Notes under the pieces: generated by a model
What the model was told of the DNA's origin: nothing
What the model saw: the letters and a program-made list of their open reading frames with translations, nothing else
Databases searched by the model: none
From: Minisyncoccota bacterium
GTDB taxonomy: Bacteria; Patescibacteriota; Minisyncoccia; Phycocordibacterales; UBA9973
Assembly: GCA_041662205.1 (NCBI GenBank)
Contig: JBAZSZ010000003.1
Coordinates: forward strand, 9,772-73,771
Length of the DNA stretch: 64,000 nucleotides
Reading direction: 5' to 3'
Shown here: one piece after another, positions 17,319 to 26,735 of the stretch
Layout of the letters: each line of letters opens with the position of its first letter
How positions within the stretch are numbered: position 1 is the stretch's first letter
Program-made: the position numbers and the translations under genes

Positions 17319-19142
17319 ATGTTTAAAAATACCGAAGATTCTGATATTTCTATAGCAAATTTAAGATTTATAAAAATTGGTCTGTTCTTTTCATTAGTGT
17401 TTATTTTGTTTGGAATTTTAGAGTCCAAGACTTTTGAATTTAAATACAAAGATCGCTTTTATCCGGGTATCTTTATCGGTGGTGAATATGTCGGCGGGAA
17501 AACTTATTCTGAAGTCCTAAATAACTTTAAGGAAAAAAAAGCAGAATTAGAGAAAAAAGGATTGAGTGTGAATTTTTCTAGTTCACGCGGAATACAAAAA
17601 GTTAATATTCCAATGAACTCGATAGGATCTACCCCTGATAACTCTGTGGAATATTTTTCTTTTGATGATTGGGAAAATAATTTACAAGAAGCCTATCGGT
17701 GGGGGCATGAGGCAAACCTTCTTCTCAATCTAAAAGATCAAGCAATACTTTTATTTACAAAAAAATATTTTAATTTCACCAATTCAATACATCGAGAAGT
17801 AGTGGATCCTTTTTTGGAAGACAGAGTTTATAACTTTCTAAAAAAAAGTGTTCCGGCGACCTTTTCTTTTGCTTCGGGTAAAATAACTATTTTAAAAGAA
17901 GTAGAAGGAGAAAAAGTAGAAAGGGAAGAAGTTTTAAATATTTTAGAACAAAAGTTAAATTTATTTGACACAACACCTGTAATTTTTACGATTGATCAGG
18001 ATGTCCCGATAGTTACTATGGAAAGACTCGAACCCTTTTTAGATTTTGCAGAAAGATTTGCTAAAGGAAAAGAATTATCTTTTCAATATAAAGGACGGGA
18101 GTGGAAAATAAAAGAGAACAAAATCGTCTCGTGGCTTACCCTAAATAGAGAGAATACTATTGAGATTAATAGCACGATGCTAGAAGACTACCTTGCGAAC
18201 ACAGTTGCAAAGTCTATAGATAATCCTCCGCAAAATAGTCGTTTTAAAATGCAAAATGGAAAATTAGTTGAAACTGTTCCGGGTAAAAATGGTAACATCA
18301 TTGATGTAGGTGATGTATTGCAAAAGATCGAAAAATTAATTTCTGAAACGAACGGAGAAATAAAAAACAGTAGAATAAACATTCCTATAAAAACTATCGA
18401 AGTGGAACCTAGGGTAACTCAAAATACTGTAGAAAAATATCATATCTCGGATCTTGTCGGTGAAATTCGGACTAATTTTGACGGTAGCACTTCAGACCGT
18501 GAACACAATATAAAAATAGGGATTTCTATGATCGACGGAATGATAATACCTCCAGGAGCAGAATTTTCTACAGTAAATTCAATTGGTCACGTTTCTGCGC
18601 AAGAAGGTTATGTAAAAGAATTGGTAATAAAAGAAAATAAGACGACAAAAGAATACGGTGGAGGTTTGTGTCAGGTTGCTACTACTTTATTCCGTTTGGC
18701 GCTGAACGCTGGACTTCCGATCACAGAAAGACAAAATCATCGTTTCGTGGTTCATTATTATGACCCACCAGGATTTGATGCCACCATATATGGACCGCAT
18801 CCAGATCTTCGTTTTTTTAATGATACAAATAACTATCTTCTTTTGCAGGCACGAGTGGAAAAGAAGCAAGTAATTATGGAATTGTATGGACAAAAAGATG
18901 GGAGATCTTCAGAAATTTCTGAAGCTACTTTGTACAATAAAATTCCTGCTCCACCAACAAAATATGTGCAGAGTGCAGAACTTCCAATTGGACAAATAAA
19001 ATGTACTGAAGCGCCACATGATGGTGTGACTACAGATGTTTTATACACTGTCAAATATCCTGATGGGACAATAAAAGAGAAAAATTTCCACAGTGTTTAT
19101 CAACCTTGGCAAAAATTATGCCTGATCGGCACTGCTTTATAA
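17319..19142 (+). CDS. VanW-domain protein
   Basis: VanW core GGGLCQVATTLFRLALNAGLPITERQNHRF..YYDPPGFDATIY. N-terminal TM helix. Confidence 0.7.
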   Translation: MFKNTEDSDISIANLRFIKIGLFFSLVFILFGILESKTFEFKYKDRFYPGIFIGGEYVGGKTYSEVLNNFKEKKAELEKKGLSVNFSSSRGIQKVNIPMNSIGSTPDNSVEYFSFDDWENNLQEAYRWGHEANLLLNLKDQAILLFTKKYFNFTNSIHREVVDPFLEDRVYNFLKKSVPATFSFASGKITILKEVEGEKVEREEVLNILEQKLNLFDTTPVIFTIDQDVPIVTMERLEPFLDFAERFAKGKELSFQYKGREWKIKENKIVSWLTLNRENTIEINSTMLEDYLANTVAKSIDNPPQNSRFKMQNGKLVETVPGKNGNIIDVGDVLQKIEKLISETNGEIKNSRINIPIKTIEVEPRVTQNTVEKYHISDLVGEIRTNFDGSTSDREHNIKIGISMIDGMIIPPGAEFSTVNSIGHVSAQEGYVKELVIKENKTTKEYGGGLCQVATTLFRLALNAGLPITERQNHRFVVHYYDPPGFDATIYGPHPDLRFFNDTNNYLLLQARVEKKQVIMELYGQKDGRSSEISEATLYNKIPAPPTKYVQSAELPIGQIKCTEAPHDGVTTDVLYTVKYPDGTIKEKNFHSVYQPWQKLCLIGTAL

Positions 19143-19150
19143 AATTAATC

Positions 19151-19693
19151 TTAATTTGCTAATGCGAGTACTTTTTCTTTTGTTTTAGGTTCTCGGATCA
19201 CTATTAGTCTTTTCTTCCATCCCTTCATAAAATCACTAATGGGAACTGTCCTGATGCCTAGGCGTTTACCAGGATCGTTGTAATAGACCAGTTTATCATC
19301 AAATCCGGTTACAACAATTAAATGACCATACGGGCTAGCAGGATTAAAGCCTCTGCGTATTGATGCGATGACAGGCCCCTCTTTTACGGTGTTTTTAAAT
19401 TCACTCAAAGCAGCTTCGTTTTTAAGTTTTGATAAATCAACAGTCTTTCCAACCAAGCCGTGCTTTACAGCTAAGGCGGCTAACCCCTGGTGGCTCCAGC
19501 CCACGTTTTTTACATAAGCCCCTCCCTTGAGAGCTTCTTGAAGTATTTTTTGTACCGAGGTAGTATTTGGTTTATAAAATTCTACTATCATTGCTACATC
19601 TGCTACCCCGCAACCTTTTTGTTGCCAAGCGACAGATGAAATATCGCTGATTTGTGAGTACAGCGGAACACTATATGGCATTATTGGTATCAT
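19151..19693 (-). CDS. Peptidase C39-like (papain-fold) domain protein
   Basis: Candidate catalytic Cys (QQKGCGVADVAMIVEFY) and His (YGHLIVVTGFDD), arranged as in Peptidase_C39_2 / YvpB-like proteins. Confidence 0.5.
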   Translation of the reverse strand: MIPIMPYSVPLYSQISDISSVAWQQKGCGVADVAMIVEFYKPNTTSVQKILQEALKGGAYVKNVGWSHQGLAALAVKHGLVGKTVDLSKLKNEAALSEFKNTVKEGPVIASIRRGFNPASPYGHLIVVTGFDDKLVYYNDPGKRLGIRTVPISDFMKGWKKRLIVIREPKTKEKVLALAN

Positions 19694-19847
19694 AGCTATA
19701 ATGGTAACAAGTGTGGACTCAATGTCAATGCTTTCACGTTAGTTTTTTAAATAATATATTTAAAGCTTATTTTTTATAGCTTTTTCAATAAATCTGGTAT
19801 AATAGTATTTATTATTCCAAGATAAACTTTTTATCAAAGCTTAAAAA

Positions 19848-20081
19848 ATGATTTTAATTGATGTAAGAACAAAGTATGAATATGATGCAGAGCATATAAA
19901 TGGCGCAATACTTCATGACATTATGGATATAATGCAAGGGATTTTTCCTAGTATAGATAAAAACGAAGAAATCACTTTATATTGTGAATCTGGTAATAGG
20001 TCTATGATGGCTAAAAATATGATGGAAAGAGCTGGCTTTACAAAAATAATGGACGCTGGGAGTATTGATAATCTAAGATAA
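19848..20081 (+). CDS. Single-domain rhodanese (sulfurtransferase)
   Basis: Active-site loop LYCESGNRS with the catalytic Cys. About 77 aa. Confidence 0.75.
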   Translation: MILIDVRTKYEYDAEHINGAILHDIMDIMQGIFPSIDKNEEITLYCESGNRSMMAKNMMERAGFTKIMDAGSIDNLR

Positions 20082-20181
20082 ATATTTAATTTTTGCAAAA
20101 TAGCTCAAAATAAACTACTATATTCTAGTAGTTAGTTAAGTTTGCCGTTGTGGCTGTTTTGGTAGGTCGTTACGTTAGTTT

Positions 20182-20254
20182 GCCGTTGTAGCTCAGTTGG
20201 TAGAGCACGTCATTGGTAATGACGAGGTCATCGGTTCAATCCCGATCAACGGCT
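20182..20254 (+). tRNA. tRNA-Thr (GGT)
   Basis: Acceptor gccgttg/caacggc. Anticodon stem cgtca/tgacg with loop ttGGTaa. T-arm catcggttcaatcccgatg-like. Confidence 0.8.
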
Positions 20255-20262
20255 CCGCAATC

Positions 20263-20279
20263 AAAAAAAAAGGGGGGGG
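20263..20279 (+). repeat. Homopolymer tract A9G8
   Basis: aaaaaaaaagggggggg lies directly 3' of tRNA-Thr and about 50 bp upstream of ORF 20330. Exceptional in a ~30% GC genome. Confidence 0.9.
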
Positions 20280-20329
20280 TGATTAGAAGTACGATACTAT
20301 TTTTCTAGCGAATATGGTAAAATAATCCT

Positions 20330-20713
20330 ATGCCTGAAGAAGAAAAAGAAGAGAAAAAGAATGATTGGTTTTTGTATTTGATAGGTATTAGTTGTCTATC
20401 TGCAATTTTTGTGTCCTTTTATTTTTTCTACTTCAGAAAAGACTACGATTTTATTGTAGAAGTTGCTTGCGATCCAGCTAAAGAAACTTGCTTTCAGCGT
20501 GATTGCTCAAATCCTGATGATTGTCCGCCAAACGGCTTGTCTGATTTTAAAAGATACACCCTGAATGCTGGAGATTTCAAGATGTGTGAAAATGAAGATT
20601 GCACTACTGCCTGCGAAACTGGAACCATAAAATGTGAACCCATAGAATGTGAGGAAGATGAAGATGTTGGAGAATCTTGCTCTTTACTTGAATCATCTGT
20701 TGTTGGAGAATAA
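20330..20713 (+). CDS. Small acidic Cys-rich membrane-anchored protein (12 Cys in the 80-aa ectodomain)
   Basis: TM helix, then CDPAKETCFQRDCSNPDDCPPNG ... CENEDCTTACETGTIKCEPIECEED. Confidence 0.5.
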   Translation: MPEEEKEEKKNDWFLYLIGISCLSAIFVSFYFFYFRKDYDFIVEVACDPAKETCFQRDCSNPDDCPPNGLSDFKRYTLNAGDFKMCENEDCTTACETGTIKCEPIECEEDEDVGESCSLLESSVVGE

Positions 20714-20717
20714 ATTC

Positions 20718-21155
20718 ATGTTAAAAATAATTAACAAATGGCACTCTATTTTAAATATGCCGAAAAAAGATTTTGAATGGCATCAAGCTGATGTTTTGGA
20801 AGAACTGAAAGAATTTGAAGAGGCAGGGGGGTTGATAAATAAATGGAGCGAATTATCAGATGTGGTTTACACATACACTAGAGCGCGTTGGTCTGGACAT
20901 AAAAATATAAAATATCCATTAAATAAAATTAGTTTTTATTTAGGACTTCTATACATGTTTCCTAAACATACTCTTCGCTGGAAATTTTATAGAATCTTAG
21001 GGCAGAAAATTGATAAAAACGTAAAAATGACTGAGGTTCGTAATCCAAGAAAAATAGAAAAATTAAAACATATTGCTTCTAAATATAATCTAGATCCTGA
21101 ACAGTTCGTAAATGAAGCAAATAAATTAATGAAAAAGTGGGTGTTTTTGAAGTAA
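20718..21155 (+). CDS. Hypothetical protein, possibly MazG-like all-alpha NTP pyrophosphohydrolase
   Basis: Segment DVLEELKEFEEAGGLINKWSELSDVVYT resembles the E..E..EE...EL.D helix pair of MazG/dUTPase-like enzymes. Start taken at the ATG after the upstream stop. Confidence 0.3.
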   Translation: MLKIINKWHSILNMPKKDFEWHQADVLEELKEFEEAGGLINKWSELSDVVYTYTRARWSGHKNIKYPLNKISFYLGLLYMFPKHTLRWKFYRILGQKIDKNVKMTEVRNPRKIEKLKHIASKYNLDPEQFVNEANKLMKKWVFLK

Positions 21156-21172
21156 AAAAAACACAAGCTAGT

Positions 21173-21946
21173 CTAGTAATAAATCTTTTTGAATGGAATT
21201 TTTGATGAAAAGAAACCTTTTTTCTTAAAAAATTCTTCTTTGTTTATATCTTTTGGTTGCAATAGATATAGAGAAAGATTTTCATCTTGCAATCCATAAA
21301 AAAGTACACAACCATCATCATTGACTGGCACCTCTGATACAATGGGAGCGTTTAAGTTAGGGCGAATAGTATAACCAAAACGCAATCTAAGATCTAAATA
21401 ATCAGGAGCATTGATAACCCCAAAAGCATTTCTTGATCTTGTAATTACTTTTTTGTATTTACCTTCTTGGCAAATTAATTTTAACCTTAGATAATCAATA
21501 ATAGACCCAAGGCTTCCATACGATACATGAGAAACAGTTATCCTATCTGTAGCTTTAAAAGCTAAAGAAACCCGATCATCTTTAAACGCCATTATTCCGC
21601 TTCCCACCATCTTTCCATTTTGATAAAAAAATAAAGCTTTAATATTAAATCCTTTTTGAACTTGTTCTTGGTACCATTTCTCATCAGCCCAAACATCATG
21701 TTCAAGCTCCTCCATTTTTCCTTTATAGTAAGGCAACCACTCGAGAAATTTTTTCTCAGTTAATTCTTCATATTTCCACTCAATATTATTTTTCTTTAAA
21801 ATTTCCTCGCTTTTGCGTAAAAAAGATTTCAATCTTTTACCTTTTATATTATTAAGTAAGTCAGTTTCATTAGAAATAGAAAGATCATATAAAATCTTTT
21901 CAGGTCGTTCAATATTAAATTGTTCTAGTGAAATGGTTTTTAGCAT
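21173..21946 (-). CDS. Hypothetical protein, possibly FemAB/GNAT-like acyltransferase fold
   Basis: 257 aa with no decisive motifs. Weak impression only. Confidence 0.3.
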   Translation of the reverse strand: MLKTISLEQFNIERPEKILYDLSISNETDLLNNIKGKRLKSFLRKSEEILKKNNIEWKYEELTEKKFLEWLPYYKGKMEELEHDVWADEKWYQEQVQKGFNIKALFFYQNGKMVGSGIMAFKDDRVSLAFKATDRITVSHVSYGSLGSIIDYLRLKLICQEGKYKKVITRSRNAFGVINAPDYLDLRLRFGYTIRPNLNAPIVSEVPVNDDGCVLFYGLQDENLSLYLLQPKDINKEEFFKKKGFFSSKIPFKKIYY

Positions 21947-22038
21947 AAGGATTTTTTAATAGTAGGGAACAATCTTTACTATTGTTCTGATTTTTCCTTC
22001 CACATCCTTTAATTATATACTTATGTTACGATAAAGAT

Positions 22039-22794
22039 ATGAAAAAAATTATTGCTATTGGTGGTGGAGAAATTGGAAAGCCCGGATACCCAATTGAAAC
22101 CACTCAAATAGATAAAGAAATAATAAATTTAACTGGCAAGAAAAATCCAAAATTGCTTTTTATTCCTACGGCTAGTTCTGATTCAGAAGAATATTATTGG
22201 ACAGTTGAAAAACATTTTGGGAAACGACTAGGTTGTAAAGTTGATGTCTTATATTTGTTGAAAAATAAACTATCAAAAAAAGAAATCGAAGATAAGATTT
22301 TAAAATCTGACATAGTTTATGTGGGTGGTGGCAACACTTTGAAAATGATGCAAATTTGGAGAAAGTTTGGAATAGATAAAATTTTAATTAAAGCTCATCA
22401 AAAAGGAATTGTGATGTCGGGTGTAAGCGCTGGGTCAATATGTTGGTTTAAAAATGGAAATTCGGACTCAAGAAAATTCAAGAATCCAAAAGTAAATTTT
22501 AATTATATAAAAATTTCAGGTTTAGGTTTAATAAATGCGCTTCATTGTCCTCACTATGATGTAGAAAAAAAAAGAAAAGTTGATCTTAAGAAAATGATGA
22601 AAAAAACTTCAGGTACTGCTATCGCCATAGATAATTGTTGTGCCTTAGAAGTAATTGATGATAAATATCGAATTATTACTTCAAAAAAAACTGCAAATGC
22701 TTATAAGGTTTATTGGAAAGCAAATAAATATTATGAGGAGGTGATTAAAAAAGAAAAGAATTTTAAATCATTAAGTATTTTTTTGGTAAAATAA
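22039..22794 (+). CDS. Peptidase S51 family (dipeptidase E / cyanophycinase-like)
   Basis: GGGNTLKMM ... GVSAGSICWF carries the nucleophile-elbow Ser. Class I glutamine-amidotransferase-like fold. Confidence 0.7.
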   Translation: MKKIIAIGGGEIGKPGYPIETTQIDKEIINLTGKKNPKLLFIPTASSDSEEYYWTVEKHFGKRLGCKVDVLYLLKNKLSKKEIEDKILKSDIVYVGGGNTLKMMQIWRKFGIDKILIKAHQKGIVMSGVSAGSICWFKNGNSDSRKFKNPKVNFNYIKISGLGLINALHCPHYDVEKKRKVDLKKMMKKTSGTAIAIDNCCALEVIDDKYRIITSKKTANAYKVYWKANKYYEEVIKKEKNFKSLSIFLVK

Positions 22795-22925
22795 AAACAT
22801 TTTAATTTCAAAAACACTTTATTTTATAAGCACTTTATAACAGTAAGGTTTGACAAAACACCTCAATCTGTTATGTTGTAATAAATCTACACATTGAAAA
22901 CTTAATATAAAAAAAGGAGGGTCCA

Positions 22926-23504
22926 ATGATTATTTCTCTCAGTGGGCCCTCCGGAATCGGTAAGGGCTTTATCAAAGAACAACTATTACAGCTTTATCCA
23001 CAGATTCAGGAATTAGCGTGGTTTACAACCCGTCCTTTGCGTTCCAATGAACACCAGAGCGGAAACAGAATTCACACTCCACTTCCTGAATTCAATCAGA
23101 TGGCTAAATTTGGTAAGTTGGTCTTGATCCAAAATCTCTTTGGCCATTATTATGGCCTTAAAAAAGAAGATTTACTCCCAAGTTCAGACATCAAACTGAC
23201 TGAGGTGCATCCAGACAATATGTTGGAAGCAAAAAGAATTAACCCTGAAATATTTGCTATTGGTTTTGTAACCTTTGACCACTCTTTACTTCACAAAAGG
23301 CTTTCTATTTTGCGAAAGACAGAAAGCTCGGAAGAGATACAGAAAAGAGTTGCAATGGCTGCAAGTGAGATTAAGACAATCCTTAAGAGAAGGTCACTGT
23401 TTGCTTCTGTGATTGAAATCACAGAAACTGAAGAGGATCAAGTGTTCGGAAAGGTTCACGTAATTTTGCAATCACAAATTAAACAGAGAGGAGAAGAAAA
23501 ATGA
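22926..23504 (+). CDS. P-loop kinase, guanylate-kinase-like
   Basis: Walker A SLSGPSGIGKG and a TTRPLR motif (GMP kinases have TTRPPR). Strong RBS aaaaggaggg. Local GC is clearly above the genome background. Confidence 0.55.
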   Translation: MIISLSGPSGIGKGFIKEQLLQLYPQIQELAWFTTRPLRSNEHQSGNRIHTPLPEFNQMAKFGKLVLIQNLFGHYYGLKKEDLLPSSDIKLTEVHPDNMLEAKRINPEIFAIGFVTFDHSLLHKRLSILRKTESSEEIQKRVAMAASEIKTILKRRSLFASVIEITETEEDQVFGKVHVILQSQIKQRGEEK

Positions 23505-24652
23505 AATTAGAAACACAAGTTGGTAATCTGAAGTTGCAGACACCGTTGTTGCTAGCTTCAGGATACATCACCGAAACGCCTGAGTTTTTTCTGAGAGCTC
23601 AACCCTATGGTTGTTCGGGTATCGTTACTCGATCGCTTAAACAGCATGTTCCAGCAGAACGTTCACGGATTACATCTCCTCGTTACGCAGTTTTCGATAA
23701 AGACAGCATGCTCAACTGCGAGTGGGGGAATGAAAGACCTTGGACAGATTGGCGAGATTATGGTGTGCATCAGGTCAAAGAGACTGGTTGCCCTATCATT
23801 ATTTCGCTTTCAGGACGCGACCTGGATAGCTGTTGCTATCTGATCCGTACCCTCGATGAGATCGGTGTTGATGCTTTCGAAATCAATATCTCGTGTTCGC
23901 ATTCTGGAGCACTGTACGGAAATTTGAATGTCGATGCACTTCATCTAGAGCAATTGATGAAAAAAGTGCGTGGCACTACGACGACCCCAATCTGGATTAA
24001 GTTGTCGTATTCGAATTTGTTGATTCCGATGGCTAAGATTGCGGAAGAGCTAGGAGCTAATGCTATTGTTTGCACAAATAGCATTGGTCCCGGAATGTTG
24101 ATTGACACCAAAACAGCCAAACCAAAACTCGGAATAAAGGGCGGAGGTGGAGGAATGACAGGAAAAGCAATTTTTCCTATTGCTCTGTGGTGTGTGCATC
24201 AACTTTCAGAGAATCTTAGCATCCCAGTTGTCGGTTGTGGTGGAATTTACACTGCTGACGATGTAGTTCAGATGCTGATGGCGGGTGCAAGTGCGGTTCA
24301 GCTTTATACCGCACCAGCACTTAAGGGCCCTATAGTTTTTAAACGGATTATGGTTGGCCTGCAAAGATTTCTCACAGAGAATCCAAAGTATGATTCGGTT
24401 AAGAATTTAGTTGGACTCTCATTAGGGAAGACAGACAATCACCAGTTTTCTTCACCTCGTCCAGTCGTGATTGAAGAAAAGTGTACAGGCTGTGGAATCT
24501 GTGTCCAATCCTGCGCTTTTGATGCCCTAGTAATGACTCCTCGTGGTGTCGACAAAAAGGCATTAGCGGTCATTAGCGACAATTGTATCTCATGCAACGC
24601 TTGCGTTGGGGTGTGTCCTCAAAAATTCGATGCTATCAGAGCATCATTTTAG
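23501..24652 (+). CDS. Dihydroorotate/dihydropyrimidine dehydrogenase-family flavoprotein with a fused C-terminal 2x[4Fe-4S] ferredoxin domain (PreA-like)
   Basis: DHOD/DPD TIM-barrel motifs (CTNSIGPGM, GGGMTGKAIFPIAL, VVGCGGIYTADDVVQMLMAGASAVQLYTA). C-terminal CTGCGICVQSCAFDA and CISCNACVGVCPQ. Start overlaps the kinase stop by 4 nt. Confidence 0.7.
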   Translation: MKLETQVGNLKLQTPLLLASGYITETPEFFLRAQPYGCSGIVTRSLKQHVPAERSRITSPRYAVFDKDSMLNCEWGNERPWTDWRDYGVHQVKETGCPIIISLSGRDLDSCCYLIRTLDEIGVDAFEINISCSHSGALYGNLNVDALHLEQLMKKVRGTTTTPIWIKLSYSNLLIPMAKIAEELGANAIVCTNSIGPGMLIDTKTAKPKLGIKGGGGGMTGKAIFPIALWCVHQLSENLSIPVVGCGGIYTADDVVQMLMAGASAVQLYTAPALKGPIVFKRIMVGLQRFLTENPKYDSVKNLVGLSLGKTDNHQFSSPRPVVIEEKCTGCGICVQSCAFDALVMTPRGVDKKALAVISDNCISCNACVGVCPQKFDAIRASF

Positions 24653-24669
24653 GAGGTTAAAAAAGTGAT

Positions 24670-24912
24670 ATGAAAACATACACAATTGCAATACATTGCA
24701 ACGCTTGTCGAGCCTTACTGTATCGCTACAAAAAAGAAGGTGGTGGACATCTTCTCAAGTGTTATGCTGACATGATAATGTTGGACAGCACCAAGGGTGA
24801 TCTAAAATGTCCTTCTTGCGGTCAAGAGTTTGCTCGACACGCCATTATTCACAATCGCCCCGCACACAAGATAATCCAAGGGAGAGTCTTTGTGAAGGGC
24901 CATCATGGGTGA
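24670..24912 (+). CDS. Small zinc-ribbon protein (CNAC...C...CPSC)
   Basis: 80 aa with Cys pairs CNACRALLY and CPSCGQEF. Last gene of the GC-rich block. Confidence 0.4.
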   Translation: MKTYTIAIHCNACRALLYRYKKEGGGHLLKCYADMIMLDSTKGDLKCPSCGQEFARHAIIHNRPAHKIIQGRVFVKGHHG

Positions 24913-24935
24913 TGGCTTTGTAACACATCATTACC

Positions 24936-24972
24936 AACAGGTAGCTGAGTTGAACCTCAGCTACCTGTTTTT
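24936..24972. terminator. Strong bidirectional rho-independent terminator
   Basis: aacaggtagctgag-ttgaac-ctcagctacctgtt followed by ttt. Sits between the convergent Zn-ribbon and CYTH genes. Confidence 0.65.
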
Positions 24973-25588
24973 ACTTAATATTAAATCTATTTTTAAAATA
25001 ATTAGGAGTGTAATTTTTGTAATCAAAAATCTCGTTAGCTTCTTTATTTAATTTATCTATGTATTCAAAAAATTGTTTTTTATCAAAAATATCAAGCTTG
25101 AGTTCTCTGCAAACATTTTCAATTTCTTTAATTAATTCATCCCCATTTTCTTTTTTATTTGCCATTTTTTCTGCTTCGTAATAATAGCTGTGTCCCGGTA
25201 CTTCTACTAATGCGAATTCAATATCTTTATATTCATAAACTTTACTTTTCCTGACACAAAGCATTCCTTTAATAAATCCTAGTTCACCAAAAATTTCTAC
25301 CAAAGTATCAAATTCACCAGGTTTAGTGAAAGCAGAAAGTTCTTTTCGCTGTTCATTTCCTCCCCATTCCCCAATTTTAACAATAATTTCAGGAATTCCA
25401 TTGGTTGTTCGAAGTCGTATATCTTTTTTTCTATCCTCAACCCCACCTTCTAGAAAAGTAGAATAATCAATTAAAATTCGATCCTTTTCTGATTTCTTTG
25501 TACCTTTTTCTTCAAAAAATTTTACTAAATTATCAAATTCTTTTTTCGACAGAGGACCCCGTATTTCAATTTCTATATTTTTATCCAT
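24971..25588 (-). CDS. CYTH-domain protein (triphosphate tunnel metalloenzyme / class IV adenylyl cyclase-like)
   Basis: N-terminal EIEIRGPL (ExExK-type), then DIRLR, EIIVKIG and ALVEVPGHSYYYEAE beta-strand motifs of the CYTH tunnel. Confidence 0.55.
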   Translation of the reverse strand: MDKNIEIEIRGPLSKKEFDNLVKFFEEKGTKKSEKDRILIDYSTFLEGGVEDRKKDIRLRTTNGIPEIIVKIGEWGGNEQRKELSAFTKPGEFDTLVEIFGELGFIKGMLCVRKSKVYEYKDIEFALVEVPGHSYYYEAEKMANKKENGDELIKEIENVCRELKLDIFDKKQFFEYIDKLNKEANEIFDYKNYTPNYFKNRFNIK

Positions 25589-25591
25589 AAT

Positions 25592-26707
25592 TTATTGATT
25601 TCTTAAATTTATAAACAATTGTTTTATGATCATAGTGGCATAACTACCTGTTGGTAAATAAAATGAAAGTGTTATTTTCTTTTTATTTTTATGAAATTCA
25701 TCGGGCTCTAAATCATGAGCATACATATTAGTAGCAACTAAGAGATTTCTCTTGTTTGGTTTTGGTTTAACTAAGAAGTTTTCTGAAATTAATTCATATC
25801 CTCCTGCTTCATAAATGTGCGGACATTGAAACAGATAATCAGTGGGTAAATATAATCTTCCAACATTTTTAAATAAACTATTTTTACTTTTTGTATGTTT
25901 TTTTATTATCAATGAAGCCTGAGTGTTCCATAAAAAACTATTATAAGCGGAGACAAAGAATGAAACCTTTTTGGGATTCATGGATTCAAAAATTTTTTTA
26001 AAATTAGCAATATTTTTTGTTTTTAATTCACCTTTTTGAGTGATATTATTAGTGATTTTTAATTGTTCAAAAGCTTGCTTCCAATTATTTTTCACTATTG
26101 CTTTGCCAATCAAATGAGTATTATATGGACCACCTGGCATTCCAAATCGTTGGTTGTCATAGTAGTTAATAAAATAAAGTTGTTTATGGTTATGAATATA
26201 ATCTAAAAGATTATTAGCCAAAGAAGAATTTAAATTTCTTACTACAATTTTAAAAGCATTGCCATGGAGGGCTCTTTCTTTTATTGCTTTTTCTCCGTAA
26301 CCAATTACGTATTTAATTTTTGCAAACTTATTTTTTAAAACATATTTTTTATTGAAAGCTTTAATATCTTTTTCTTTTAGAACTTTTTTTATAGAAATAA
26401 GTTGTTCAGTGATTGCATCTTCATCTTTTAATCCTTGACTACATACATCCTCAAATGAAAGTTTAAAAAATATCTTAATTTGTTCCAAAATTTCAAATGT
26501 CGTAAATCCAGATTTTTGAAGCCAAATATAAGTAAATTTGCGAAGACCTTTTTGTGTAAAAGATGGCATTAAAGATACTTCTGTTACTTGGAAGTCTTCA
26601 TTTATGCATTTAAGCTTGTAACTTAATGAATTATTCATAATTTGTGCATTATGCCACATTAACTTGTATTTTACTAGTTTTTCAAGTGATAATAATTCTA
26701 TCCTCAA
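25592..26707 (-). CDS. truD: tRNA pseudouridine synthase TruD/Pus7 family
   Basis: Catalytic-Asp motif SQGLKDEDAITEQ (TruD: GxKDxxAxTxQ) and C-terminal INYYDNQRFGMPGG (TruD: NYFGxQRFG). Confidence 0.75.
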   Translation of the reverse strand: MRIELLSLEKLVKYKLMWHNAQIMNNSLSYKLKCINEDFQVTEVSLMPSFTQKGLRKFTYIWLQKSGFTTFEILEQIKIFFKLSFEDVCSQGLKDEDAITEQLISIKKVLKEKDIKAFNKKYVLKNKFAKIKYVIGYGEKAIKERALHGNAFKIVVRNLNSSLANNLLDYIHNHKQLYFINYYDNQRFGMPGGPYNTHLIGKAIVKNNWKQAFEQLKITNNITQKGELKTKNIANFKKIFESMNPKKVSFFVSAYNSFLWNTQASLIIKKHTKSKNSLFKNVGRLYLPTDYLFQCPHIYEAGGYELISENFLVKPKPNKRNLLVATNMYAHDLEPDEFHKNKKKITLSFYLPTGSYATMIIKQLFINLRNQ

Positions 26708-26735
26708 TTTTAATAGGTGTGTTATACTAAACTAT

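Noticed and set aside
20696-20705. Apparent 1-nt discrepancy between my hand reading of the printed sequence and the ORF-track translation near 20700
   Set aside because: The ORF track is taken as authoritative. It implies that my hand-indexed coordinates for non-ORF features (tRNAs, repeats) may be off by 1-2 nt.
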